Positions 13,033 to 26,510 of a stretch of DNA of 64,000 nucleotides are shown here, piece after piece. The stretch is from contig NMRA01000427.1 in the NCBI GenBank assembly GCA_002633005.1, forward strand, positions 264,017 through 328,016. The letters run 5' to 3'. A program made the position numbers and the translations under genes. How positions within the stretch are numbered: position 1 is the stretch's first letter; the number at the start of each line of letters is the position of its first letter. The notes beneath the pieces were generated by a model. It saw only the letters and a list, made by a program, of their open reading frames with translations, had not been told where the DNA came from and made no database searches. The stretch comes from Phoronis australis (Eukaryota > Animalia > Phoronida).

Positions 13033-14448
13033 GAAGCCTCACCCATCTAATAGTAACTACCAAGGGTTTAGAACATGATCATCAGCAGACACACACACAC
13101 TGGGCATTGCCTACTCGAGCTTTGAGACAAACTTAGTGCAATCCCACAGGTAAAGGATAAGCCAACAGTATCACGTTTAGTTCAGCTTGGGGAAATACAC
13201 TAGACTCTAATTACAAGGCTGAGCCCCGAACCCTTCATTACCAGGAAAAGATTTGCACCAGTTTAATAATTATTTAGCTAAATCATAAGGCACAATGGTG
13301 ACTGAGCGTAACTATTTTGATTCCAAATTTTTAATGCCTTCTGAATAACATTCCAACACTTGTCTCACATGGATCAGTGCACAAGTGACACATATACATT
13401 TCGAAACCAGTACTGTTTAATTGCGTACTAACAATTCACCAATTTCAAACACTTAGTATCTTCTAGCATACTGTTCTGGGATTGTAATAAGTAAATAGAC
13501 GTATCTGGGATTGTTAAGTAAACAGACATATTAATTCAATAGATATACATTACATTCTAAAATAGGAATGTTGTAGTCTAAAATATTTAAGTATAAAAAT
13601 ATAGATGGCTACACACGTTAGTTTCCATTCTCACACCAGCACAATAACAGCACTGTTTAGAGGTGTTAGACAGCCACATTTCATTAATAAAATGCTTATT
13701 TTAATATTATCTTACTGTTCACATGGCTATCAACTGGTTCTCTGCTCGAAGTTATTGAGGTGATTTCTAGGCTTCAGAAGAACTGATACTTCGCTAATGC
13801 TTGATACAAAAATCAATAAGATGGCTCGTCAAGATGGGTTACTTTATGGGATGTGTCCCTGGACCAATAACGAACCGTTAGTTTTTTGCTAAGCCAAGAA
13901 ATCACTTCTAATCTACAATAGTTTTCAAAATACACAAGTCAGATTTTGACAGAAATCTTTCAGTCTGCATCAAAGTTGGACAAACTTCTTGTCAGAATTT
14001 TCGACAGTTTAGTCAAATTTTTGTCACTATTTTGACAAATTTATGAAGAATGTAATGAGACATTCTTTCGCCTAGCTGCTCGTTATTTGTGAATAGACTT
14101 TTAAGGCAAAGTGTCGCAATTTCAACAAAGTGCACGTTGCAAAATTTAGGATTGAACTGGAATTCAACAGGTCCTAGTAGAAAAGAAATGGATATTTTGT
14201 CATTGTTTTGCGTGTCAAAACTTTGTTGAATTTCAAAATCATCCAGTATATGTTGAAAACTACTGTAGCCAAGAACAAGGTGATAATAATTTTAACAGTA
14301 AGTTATCAAAAATTATAATTTCTTTGATGTAAGGCAGGTCAGTCAAACAGCCACTACCAGACTCTACAGTGATGAGACAAGAGATTGCCTTTTCACAATC
14401 GAGTACATTAACGTGCAGTGGATGTTTCGATTGAACACCTGGCGCCCT

Positions 14449-17400
14449 CTAGTACTGTTTCACTGCACTATCATAAGGGGGAGGTACCTGCAAATAAAAA
14501 ACAATCAATGAATTGTTTCTACTCATTATCAACACAATACAATTTAATTGTTTAAATATAACCTTTCCATTGTATTTTATGTAAAAACATCAGACAAGAA
14601 ATCTATTCAGTTGAAACTTATTTTGTAACTAGATATCACAGATAGGTTGTGAGTAAACAAGCTAGTTGCCAAGGTCTACAGACTTCCAAATAAAGTGAAA
14701 GATTCCGTCAACACATATACACAAAACTTAAAACAACGTTATCATTTTTACAATTGAAGATGTGTTCCTGGAATTAATTGCTTCATAGGATTGCTTTTTG
14801 CCATAAATCAATAAAATCAGCTCAGTATGTGAGATTTTATTACAAATTGCCAATTCTTGCCATTGACTGTCACACATTCACTGAAATCAAGCTGAATTAG
14901 ACTTTGTACTCTGATAAAATCGGTCTCATAATATTCTCAACAGTGATAGGACTTGATATCTGTCACCAACATGAACATCAAAGCTATTTGACACACAATA
15001 AAAGGCTTCTGAGTCTATTGGGGTCGGCCAACATTAACGTTGCAAATTCAAAAATAGATTATGTGCGCATGACCTGTGACTTGAGTCGTAAACGAAAATA
15101 GAATCCAATCGTGGAAAGGAATATTATTATTCCAAATAGAAAATCTTATTTATATTTTAAGCCAGCTGAAAAGGGCAAAACGCAATGTTAATATCATAAA
15201 TCCATGGCTCAGAGCCACTTATGTACTACCCTAAAGAGTCTATATACCAGAGCTCCATAGAAGAAAAACTTTTTATTATCCTACTTTAAAATTGACTTCC
15301 TTGCTATCAGAAGAAGTGAGAAATTCTCAGTTTGCAAGGAACCGAGATCAGATACTCGGCACACATAATGGTCTTTTGAAGATCTGAAATCAACTCTAAT
15401 TAGACAAAGGAAGGATTTTACACCGATTTCATAACGGTAAGTTGTCTAAATCAACAGTTGGCTTTTTGTGATATAAGGCTGGTTGAAGAGAAATCACCAT
15501 TTTATTGTGAATACCATTGAGCGTAATACAAAATGGTGCTATCAGTCTGTATTGATACACTTGAAGCTGTTTACTTGTACGGTAAAGGTCAGGGGCCTGT
15601 TCCAAGAAACTGACTTAATAAGTTCATTCTGACTTGTCTAAGACTGGCTTCAACTTCCAAACTTTGAAACTTCCGCATCCAAAGTTAGACAAAATCAAGA
15701 CGAAACTTAAGTAAAAAAACTCAAGTCAAACATAAGACCTCCTACTGCAAATGGATTTGAGACAACCTTAAGTTTTATTTAAAATTGGCTGAAATTTAAG
15801 ATTTATCTGAGATATCTCAGTTTTGTTCGAATGTCAAAGATATCAACATATATCAAAGCCTGTCCTGTGTTGATTTCACCGGAGGGTTATGAGAAGTTTA
15901 TTCACCTTCATATTCAGAAACTTCAGCCAAAATCTGTGACATATTTTTTCGTTATTTCTTACAAATGATCCCAGCCATCCAGTCCAAACATTGACCGATC
16001 AGAGAAACATTCTAGTGAATCCAACATGGCGTCCACCACAGAGTGCAGCCGGCTGATCGCACTCCATCTACATGTACGAGACATAATTTTTTCCAAACAA
16101 ATTACAAAATTGTTTCACTTAATTTAATACTAATCAATATTTACAAGTTTAAGTACCGATACGAACAAGGAAGACACACGCAATTCATTTCGGACAAGAA
16201 GTCGAAATACATATTACAAAAGCCTCCAGTTTGTACTTTAGTTCACGTACATGTACTTAACGAGCTTGATAATGATTTTAGATGTACAGCAGAGAAATCA
16301 GCCAACGATGTCCCAGTTAATTGATATGGGCTAATAGGTACACCACTAAAACCTACTTCTTGCTTCTCAGAAGCAGGCGGCCAGACTTATTCTCGGTGTG
16401 CCTTTTGACACTCCATCAAGTCATATGTTTAACAGACAGGGAATTGAACTTATTAATCTAACTTTATTTAATTTAATTTATTGCTGTGAGATAACAATGC
16501 TGTTTGATAGCCTTTGACTAAAGCATGCTTTAAATTTTATTGTATTTTATCCAATAGAAATAAAGTTTATTGTTACTACAGACAGCTACTGCTACACCTA
16601 GCGTTACAGCTATTGTTACTGCTATTTTTACTGCTAAAGCTACTGCTACTGTTTCTGCTATTTCTACTGCTACTACTACTGCTACTGCTACTGCAACTAC
16701 TATTGCTATTGCTACTGCTATTGTTAATTGTTACTGCTACTGATATTCTGATTGCTTGTAATCTACCAAACGTGAAACATGCACCAAACGAGTTCAACAG
16801 TGAGCTCACTTACGTTGGAGTATCCAGGAATATTATATTGCGGTTGTCCCACCGGCGCGGTGTAAGGTGGTGACATTGGCATACCATAGGGCGGTGACAT
16901 CACACCTGTTGGCGGAGGTGCTGAGTATCCCGGCATCTGTGGGGGGTATTGATAGCCTTCTGCATACGGAGCAGGGGGCCCTCCTGGGTGTCCTGGTGAT
17001 GGATACATAGGCATGGACGTAGTCACGCTGCACTGAACTGGTTCCGGTGCTCTCACGACCACGGCTTGCCGGTTGACGTAGTGACGACGGCAGCAATATG
17101 AGCAAAGAGAAATACCGAGTATGACGACGAAGAAGACGACCCAGACCCCTGAAGCAGAAGCAGTCCATTCAAAAGCACATACTACCAGGTCAGTTATCAT
17201 TATCATTAAATTCTAAAGACCTAGTAACATTCGTGAACCTAGTCTGCTGGACTCAATTTAGCTAGATTCCTAAATTCTTGGAGACGTCTAGTCTCCTTCC
17301 ACAGGACGATATTGACAACACTAAAATCTCACTGACTTAGGGCACAATATGCCTGACAAATAAAATTAATGTTTTCATTCTGTATTAAAAAAGAAAAATG

Positions 17401-18421
17401 GCAAAAAATAAATGCCATATCAAAGGACTACGCCATACCTACATTCAGATAATGTTTCTGAGACACTGTGGGCATTCAAAACAATGTTGGAAACTTTTTG
17501 AAAAATGAAAAAGAGCAATTTTGACATAATTTATTTTTGGCCAAACAAGGTGAGATTTTATGGCACAAGTAACGGGAACTTCAGTCAAGCAGGATCTGGT
17601 TTGTCTAGTGACAATTGTCAATACTCCCGTTCCATTCAGACCATTTAAATCTCAATCCACCTAGCTTATTGCGAGAAGGTTTTAGGGCTTTGATAAAGAC
17701 CGACTCTTGTAACCCTTGGTCGAACCAGGCAAGTACAGTCCAGACGACCATGTTCCTGTATTTAACAGTTTCTGGATGAATTTCCTGGACAGCGCAAGAC
17801 CTGCAATGTCCTGTCACCAAACAAGTCTATTTTCAGCCACCTTGCTATTGGCGCATAAAATGATGAACCAGGTCGAGTTAACTTACTAAGTTGCCGGTTC
17901 ATCTCGAGTTCGTGGAACACATCTAACTAATCCAAATATAAGTTGAAACCAGTTTACAACCTTAAGTGGTCTGATTCATTTAGTTCTCCAGTAAGACTGC
18001 GGTATAGAGGTAAGTTCAACTTAAAAAATACAAAAGTGCAAGTTTGAATTGGAGCATTTCATTTAATTATTCCGTTTCCATGACAACAAAATATCTCTCT
18101 GTAATTATAGCTCAAGCAACTTTGGGAACAATATAAGGGAATGGCTTTTCATGCTTTAATACATTCAGTTGCACATTTTTCAATAAAAGTCTACCGCCCA
18201 GAATTTATAAACGGGCAAATTCCTTCTCATTTAAATACTATAAATATCCATTCGGCTTAGTGTCAGGGCACACAAACCAAGAAACATACAATGAAGGAGT
18301 GGGCAACCACTTCAAAGAGATCAAATCAATACTTTTTAAAGCATCAGCTGTCGATACTCGAGTAAGGAATGAATTTATACTCACACCACCAGGTGTACCA
18401 TGAGGTGTAGTAATAACCCAT
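14449..18421 (-). CDS. VOPP1/WBP1-like PPxY single-pass membrane protein, paralog B (136 aa, no Cys-rich ectodomain)
   Basis: Coding exons 18421-18385 (exon starts at 18454), 17148-16814 and 14487-14449, all GT-AG and in phase: MGYYYTSWYTWWWVWVVFFVVILGISLCSYCCRRHY...Pro/Tyr-rich tail...VPPPYDSAVKQY*. The C-terminus resembles VOPP1 PPPYEQVVKAK. Confidence 0.8.
15591..15810 (+). mobile_element. Left end of a Harbinger-like MITE
   Basis: Starts AGGGGCCTGTTCCAAGAAAC, a common animal Harbinger-MITE terminus; no matching right TIR found. Confidence 0.3.
16340..16575 (+). mobile_element. Truncated CR1/L2-group LINE 3' fragment
   Basis: LLLASQKQAARLILGVPFDTPSSHMFNRQG matches the LQKRAARxI...TPSxxLF C-terminal motif; AATAAA at ~16559 runs into a trinucleotide tail. 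Confidence 0.6.
16576..16742. repeat. Degenerate (CTA/CTG/TTG)n microsatellite, probable LINE tail
   Basis: ctactgctactactactgcta... explains the spurious poly-Leu and poly-Ser ORFs. Confidence 0.9.
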
Positions 18422-19628
18422 ATCAGCGACAGCACTTCAACAACGTTAAATTATCTGAAATAAGAGCCAGACACACTTAAATTATAATGCGTACAACTGT
18501 GAAATCCTTTAAAATGCAAGTTTTCTTTCATGACATCACGGGGGGTATTTGACCCAATCTTGGACAGGATTGCGCCACCGGGAAAGCTTTGAAAGATCTA
18601 CCATAATCAAAGGCAAGATGTTCTGCCTAATTACTGGTTAGGTGGAGACTACCTTGACCTATAAAAATTTTAAATTAAAAAATCAAATGAAGCCATTATT
18701 TGCATACCTAGACACAACCTATGATAACACTTAACACACATGTGACAAGACTGTCAAGATGATTGAAATATATGGATTACTATTAGGTCACATCAGATTT
18801 TCCCTTGAGGGACACCATTTTTGTGTGTGAACTTTTACGAGTTCCACCAGAAGACCTTTTTGGACAAATTTTGCATGATGTCCCAGTTGACATCACAGTA
18901 AAGATTAATTATGTATAATAATTGCAACAGACGCTGAAATTTTTTAGGAAATATGTGTTATTCAAGTCATGAAATTGTTCTTTGTTAAAAGTATGCATAT
19001 AGAATCTGTAAGGGTTGCTGAAGATTGAGCACTTTTATGACACGGGTCTATTTCATTACCACACACACTGATAGTTTAAATGTCTGACGATTTCCAGTAC
19101 ACTCCTCAATATGAAATACTTTCTCTGGAAAAAAGAGCCTATTTAAAGGCAATAGCTATCCTTTCAAGTGGACATGTCAATACCTACACACAATGAGGAG
19201 ACCATTTCTAGTTAAAAACACCTTTGTGTGAATACTAAACTAGTTCATACAGCTGACACAGTACTGACTAATAATGTCTTTTATTTCCTGCTTGCCCATG
19301 TAAAAGCTACAAAAGCATGGATGATCTTGTCTTACCGGGAGTTTCATGCCTCATATGAAACACAGCCCTCAACAAAAAGTGTTAACCCAACCAACTGGCA
19401 ACAGTCCAACACAGCCTGCCTAATGAATATTGAAAACCAATCAATCCTTGAAACTTATGAAACTATTGACAGTGTATGTCTTTTCAAACAACAACCTGGA
19501 GAAGAATTTTCTATTGATGACCAGCAGACCAAAGCTGGGTTTCTATGGAGAGGTGAAATTGATTTTAAATGGCGGGTCTTGATTTCCACTTGAACAGATC
19601 TCTAAAGGTGTAATAAAATCATCATCAT

Positions 19629-19987
19629 GGGTGAGAAACAACATGACCGCCGGTCCTCTTAAATCGGACCGCCTCACCCAAAACAGGACTTCCGGGGATC
19701 AAATGGGACCGTCGCACCAGAAAATGGGACTGACGCACCTAAAAACATGACCGCCCCACCAGAAAACAGGACCGCCGGGGACTGAACATGACCGCCAGGG
19801 ATTGAAACCGCATATTGTCCGGCAGTCATGTTCAGTCCCCGGCGGTCCTGTTTTGTGGTGGGGTGGTCATGTTTTTAGGTGCGTCAGCCCCATTTGTTGG
19901 TGCGACGGTCCCATTTGATCCCCGGAGGTCCTGTTTTGGGTGAGTCAGTCCGATTTAGAGGACCGGTGGTCATGTTGTTTCTCACCC
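19629..19987. mobile_element. Fold-back MITE with ~165-bp arms built of ~20-bp subrepeats
   Basis: GGGTGAGAAACAACATGACCGCCGGTCCTC ... GAGGACCGGTGGTCATGTTGTTTCTCACCC; internal acatgaccg/acaggac/atgggac repeats; candidate 8-bp TSD ATCATCAT/ATGATCAT. Confidence 0.9.
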
Positions 19988-20331
19988 ATGATCATGAAGC
20001 AAAAAAAAGTTGTGCACGGCCACAAAATATTTTCTATCAGTATGTGGGTATGACACAGAACTTGGATATATCACAAAGCATGATTCTGATAATGAATATC
20101 ATTTCCCAACAGAGTAGAATAATAAAACTTCACGTCTGCCATTTTGTGTCATAAATAGATGAGACTTTACAGCAGTCAATCAATTTGAATGGCAGACAAC
20201 ACAAATTATTGTGATTCGGCTTAAGTTTTATGTAAAACCTTACTAACAAGTCTATGCATTTCGTCAAATTTCCACAAAACTATAGAAATTGAGACCGTGT
20301 ATTTTTGTGAGAGTACAAAAGCTCAAGAATT

Positions 20332-22281
20332 TGATTTTGAGCTTCACACCCAACTCATTAACTGGAGTCACATGGCCATATCTTTTTGTAAAATTTAGCA
20401 AAAAAGAAAACCCTCAGAAGTATCAATTATTTGAGAAAATTCCAATTGATATAAATGTTTCAGATGAGATTTCAAAAACACTGATGCAGTTTTGCAAATA
20501 ATCATTTAATTTTCATTTTATGAAAATTACTTTTTCTTTCAAAAAATCCTAAAAGTTTTAATTTTGACAGCACCTCATGCAAAAGTGGAACATTTTAAAA
20601 AGTTTTAATAATTCCTAAGAGCATTTTGGAGAGAACAGGGCACCAGTCCTAGTATTTGGAAGTTTTGTCTAAAACCAATTTTGAGACGGCATTCCAAAAT
20701 TAACCATTTTTAGAATTATTGAGTGATGGATACATTTTTGGAGTTATTAACTTTGACCAGAGCTATAGACATTGGTAACAAATCACTAATACTAGAGGAC
20801 CCTCTTGGAAAGCAGAGCTATCACTGAAGAGGCTACCCTCATTTTATATATTGCAAGAAATAAATAAATAAATAAATAAATTATCGATGTCTGCCACTAC
20901 TGCCAGGCATGCATCTAAATCAAGATGGGTGACTACCCATTTAAATAATTTCTCTCGAGAGCATTTATCAAGTGAAAACTTAGCTTAGGCAGCAGATGAC
21001 TTGGCTGCAAACACGAAAGTTTTCAAAGCAAATCTGCACTGGGACTGTTCTCAGAGAATCACTTTTCTCATCCATAATATCATTTTAAGTGAAAACACAA
21101 TCAAGGTCTTTAAATAAATGTTTAAAAGAATCATGCATGACCGTACGCTGTTTGGTAGTACACCCTTAGCACCACAACAACAGCCTAGACCACTACTTGT
21201 CTTGAAAGTTGAGAGTAAAAAACACATATGTCTGGCAAAAATAATTGCCAAAATCGTCATGTCTCCATTTTTTTTCAAAGTTCGGTCACTTTTGTTACCA
21301 CTAAACGNTGATTTTGAGCTTCACACCCAACTCATTAACTGGAGTCACGTGACCATATCTTTTAGTAAAATTTAGCAAAAAAGAAAACCCTCAGAAGTAT
21401 CAATTATTTGACAAAATTGCAATTGATATAAATGTTTCAGATGAGATTTCAAAAACACTGATGCAGTTTTGCAAATAATCATTTAATTTTCATTTTAAGA
21501 AAATTACTTTTTCTTTCAAAAAATTCTAAAAGTCTTATTTTGACAGCACCTCATGCAAAAGTGGAACATTTTAAAAAGTTTTAATAATTCCTAAGAGCAT
21601 TTTGGAGAGAACAGGGCACCAGTCCTAGTATTTGAAAGTTTTGTCTAAAACCAATTTTGAGACGACATTCCAAAATTAACCATTTTTAGAATTATTGAGT
21701 GATGGATACATTTTTGGAGTTATTAACTTTGACCAGAGCTAGACATTGGTAACAAATCACTAATACTAGAGGACCCTCTTGGAAAGCAGAGCTATCACTG
21801 AAGAGGCTACCCTCATTTTATATATTGCAAGAAATAAATAAATAAATAAATAAATTATCGATGTCTGCCACTACTGCCAGGCATGCATCTAAATCAAGAT
21901 GGGTGACTACCCATTTAAATAATTTCTCTCGAGAGCATTTATCAAGTGAAAACTTAGCTTAGGCAGCAGATGACTTGGCTGCAAACACGAAAGTTTTCAA
22001 AGCAAATCTGCACTGGGACTGTTCTCAGAGAATCACTTTTCTCATCCATAATATCATTTTAAGTGAAAACACAATCAAGGTCTTTAAATAAATGTTTAAA
22101 AGAATCATGCATGACCGTACGCTGTTTGGTAGTACACCCTTAGCACCACAACAATAGCCTAGACCACTACTTGTCTTGAAAGTTGAGAGTAAAAAACACA
22201 TACGTCTGGCAAAAATAATTGCCAAAATGGTCATGTCTCCATTTTTTTTCAAAGTTCGGTCACTTTTGTTACCACTAAACG
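20332..22281. repeat. ~975-bp near-identical tandem duplication joined by one N (likely uncollapsed alleles)
   Basis: 20332-21307 vs 21309-22281; N at 21308 lies exactly at the junction; only scattered SNPs and small indels differ. Confidence 0.9.
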
Positions 22282-23979
22282 CTGTGTTATGGCCTCTTGA
22301 TTCTTAACAATATAAACCATGCTTCAAAAATTCGTCTTTGCTTTTATTTCGTAAGGAATTTTGACAAAATAGAACTCCGCTTGTCTGCCATCTGGTGCTA
22401 AATTAAAGAAGTATTTACGTACCTCTGGTTAAGACAGATTTCCACAGAATTCTGCCAAATTTGAAATTTTACTTCTCGCCAGAATTATTAGGAAGTATGC
22501 TTGGACATTTCTGAAGAGTTATTGTTAGGACTGTTACTAGCCACTAATTGTTTATTTATGTAATGGAATAGCATGTAATTTGCCATGATTTCGACAACGT
22601 AAATGCAATGCCTACAGAGAATTTTGTTATGTCTGAAGAACGAACAACAAGTGAGTCCATTTTCAACAAATAAATGTATACTTTCTGAATACTCAATGAC
22701 ATTTCATGTCCTACAATCATTTTACTTATGTGTGTGACATTTCTTGTGAAAATTAATTGTCATTTTTTGTGTGATTGTGTCCAGTCTAACAAGAGGTCTC
22801 TGAGCTGCGTGTTCTGCTTTTGCACCTGGTGTTGTGTGATGTGATAGCTCTAAGTCTGGTAATTAAAGTTGATTATCTCCTGCACTACCAGATTGCAAGC
22901 TGCATTTACAATGAAATTGTTATTACGAATCTAAAACATGGCTCCTTAGGCCTTAGTCCGTAAAAGAATTTCAAATGAATCGACTACAAAGAAGAAGAAT
23001 CATAACTGCCACTAGTAGATATGTGCTGATGCCGCGTTGAAGCTGAAGAGCAAAAGGCCTCAAAATGGCTGATAACGAGTTTCCATGGCAACTCGGTGCT
23101 GAACAATTTATTCTTATTGAGAATCAGTTTGAAGTACTTCATTTACTAACTCTCAAATGCAGAAGTGCGGGAAATTTAAAAATCAAATGAGTCATACAAA
23201 TTAGGCAATGAAAACATAGCATATGTTCTGGACTTTGGTTGTTTTGAAAACATGTGTTCACAGGCGGTGTTTTGCCAGCACTGCATGGTCGGATGATCCC
23301 AGATTTAGAAATCAGGCAATCACTGAATCACGGGCCCATTATTCAGCTGTTCATTTTATGAAACTTCTTCTCTAAATCGTGGGCCAGTATAAACGACCAG
23401 TGCCTACCAAAAATATCTACTAGAGAGGGAGGGAGTGAGAGAGGGAGGGAGGGCGAGANCGCTCTTCAAACGTTCATAAAAAGTCAACGGCTTAATGGAT
23501 TTTGTTAATTTTTTTTTGTTTGACTCTGTTTTTGATGTTTTATTAAATCAATGCATTTTTAAATATTAAATAAGAATTTGAAATTTTTTGTCACGTCCCT
23601 ACCATTATGCAATATCAACAGCAATTTTTTCTTCCAACCATCAACTTGACATTTAAGTAGGCCTACTGTTGTCACAGTTATTTACACTTTGGCTTTATCA
23701 AGTACACGGCAAGTTCCTTAGGAGGACCGCCAACCTACAGCCCACAGTGCTAGCCACCAACCACAGCAGCAGTGGCAGTTAATACAAGTATACCTTAATT
23801 TACGATATTAGGCCTAGGGTCGAGTCGGTCACGACCTAACTTCCTAAGAATAAAGAGTGACACTAACGACAGAAAAGTTTGGAATATCTGCCCTTTAACA
23901 GTCATCAAGGCAAAACCAAGAGCTCTGAGGTATAAAATACTTGTAACAATAAGGGATATAAATCCCAGTAATGTCTTAC

Positions 23980-24068
23980 CAGTGATCTCTCTAGTTTCGA
24001 AACAGAAAGTGAGAAAGTGAATCAACCTCTTCTCGTTCTTGCGACACAACTTCTGAAAGTCACGTGAT
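23980..24068 (-). promoter_or_regulatory. CLEAR-type E-box and non-coding first exon of paralog B
   Basis: GTCACGTGAT at 24059-24068, then an ~80-nt ATG-less stretch ending in a G|GTAAGA donor (exon end 23980). Confidence 0.55.
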
Positions 24069-25949
24069 GTACAGCAATGGTGACATCTGGTGTTAGATAA
24101 CCCCGTTGTGATAAACCGTGACCCGGGTAGCGGCTCTTCGTCACCGTGTGATGAATGAGGAAATCCGGCATTCCAGGAATTTCCTTGACTGACCGTCAGT
24201 TACATTTTCTATGGCCTTGCGGAAAGTTGTTTATAGTTGGCCATAGGTGTGGCACAAAACTGCATATGCCTGTCAATGTTGAATTATTATAACGGAAATA
24301 ATTTTGGGACTAAATAATTTTGGGACTACCGGCAAACTTCATTCACTAGTTGGCACTGACCCAGTTCATCGATCTGACTGAGCCGGGCATTCCGGCGGTA
24401 GCCGGCCAGATGACGCGCGGCTCAGTAAGTCCGGGCACAAGCATCTGAGTGCGCCAGAGTACAGTGCAGCGAATTTTCTTGAGGCAACGACTTTTATGGG
24501 TGTAAAATGACTGGTGACCCTGTGTCACTATGACTGAGAAATTTTCACAACAAGAAGAAAGGAACTCCACTCGATCAGGTTTCGTTCGTTCATGCGGTCG
24601 CAAACCCGTGTCGATGTGCAAAAATGCATTTAAAAAATAGTTCGTTAGTCAGCCTGTTTACTGAAGTCGAGTGGCAAACTTACGCGCCGTCATGGATTGC
24701 GCACCAATCGAGGCGGGGCCGGCGCCTCCGTCGTAACCCTATAACGACGGTAAACTTGATTGTCATGAGGGCTTGACAGGGACCTCAGTCAGGGTTCTCA
24801 CACTCCACTGATCCACTGACGCTTTGCCCAGTCACACATTCATAAAAGAGATAAGCATACCAGCAGCTGACGCAGCAGTTATGAAGTAGAACTACTCTCT
24901 TTTATCACATCGTGTAGACTCACATTTTTTGAGAACCCAGACCGTCCTGAGTTGCACGCATACCAACTCCGGACAGTTTCTCACGACGATTAAGCGTTAT
25001 GCGGATCGCAGTTTCGTTAACCACCGCAATGCGGCTGTCATGTGTTCCCCAATGCCGGAAAAACATAGAACCCTGATGATGTATAAGGCTGAAGACTATT
25101 ACAGTAACAATGCCTTGTCTTGAATTGAAAAACCCTAATCTGCCAGAACTCGAGACTTCGAGTTGGCGCAGAACTCTCCGAGGCGGCCAAGTTCGATGTT
25201 TACCTTCAAACACGTACATGTAATCTCAAACCAGGCCTCGCGTCATAACCGGCGCGGCACACAGCGAGCAACTGGAGACCATGCAGTCGAAAATTGCGAG
25301 TACGGGTGGGATGGAAAACTATGAGGAGGGGGAGATTGCCCGAAAATTGTTAGCCACCGGGATGTCGAGGAATACCCTATAAGACCACCCGTCACTAGAA
25401 TGACGAAGCGGCGAGATTGCATTTTCACCCTCTTTTGTTCAAAATTGTTTTAAATAATTGCTATGAAATCAGTGTCAAAACCAATTTATCAATTAATTTA
25501 AATGCGCAATAACAATTCTAACACGTACCATTTGCAAGACCGAAATTTGCCTGATTTCTGAGGCCTATTGCTGGATCGATCCTGGTTTTGCGCCGTGACT
25601 CATCACGGCATTCACTGCTTCGTTGTAGCGACCACTGACATTATTAAATTAATTATAGCCCCTTTTTCGTGTTCATTGTCAACTAACATTCCACGGCAGG
25701 TCAACCTTTTCAGCAAATGTTTCCCCGTGTGCATTTCCAGAGTCGGACATTCTCGAAGGGGTACTGGTGTCGTTTTACTAAACGCCGTTTTGAAGATTTC
25801 CACCAATCGTCACCTGCCAATGCATCATTGGCGTCAATCTTCCAAATAAAACGAAGGAATCAATTATTGGACATTATGGTTCTTGGTGGGTGGTCTTTTC
25901 GACACATTTACCATGAAATTCGCTAGGCCACGCTTGCTACTTAGCAGCC

Positions 25950-26510
25950 TTATAAGCCAAGTTCCTATCTTTTGAGGGTTGTTGAGGGTTACACTAGAAT
26001 TTTGTTTCTGAGAACTGGATGAGATAGTCGTTCTTAACATCTGTTAATAGTCCAAAACCGGGCTTAGTATCGTTTTCAGCAAGACCTGATTGGCCCATTG
26101 CCTTCAGTTTTCGGAACGCCAGGAGAGAATTTCCACAAAAAAAAGAAAACGAAAGACAAACCAATCCCCTCCTCTTCCAACCGAGCGCCTTCGGTATAAG
26201 AATTTGTGTACCGGTAGTAAAATGTTTCAAAAACTCCAGTCGTTTTTCAGCCGTGATCAACGATGCCTGTAACTGACGGGTTCGAATCGGCAGCTGAGGC
26301 AGTTCAAGAAACTGCCAATGGGCAGAGATCATATTGCTTAAAAAATACATTGTAGTGAAAAATAGTCAGATAATGAGTGCAAGTTCACCATTTCTGGAGC
26401 GTTGTTTAAGAGGACTCCTTACGGCCGTTCAGTATGAGGCGAGATGATCGACTCAAACACCGAAACAGGAAAGAAGCCTCCGCTTTATCAAAAATGTTGA
26501 AGACACTTAT
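25950..26510 (+). mobile_element. Possible decayed Crypton-type tyrosine recombinase (C-terminal half)
   Basis: Fragments LQFSERQ, CVPVVKCF, FKKLPMGRDHI, KFTISGA and RKEASALS occur in the order expected for DUF3504-like recombinases; many frameshifts. Confidence 0.3.

Noticed and set aside
16514-16873. Poly-Leu and poly-Ser ORFs
   Set aside because: Translation of a trinucleotide microsatellite.
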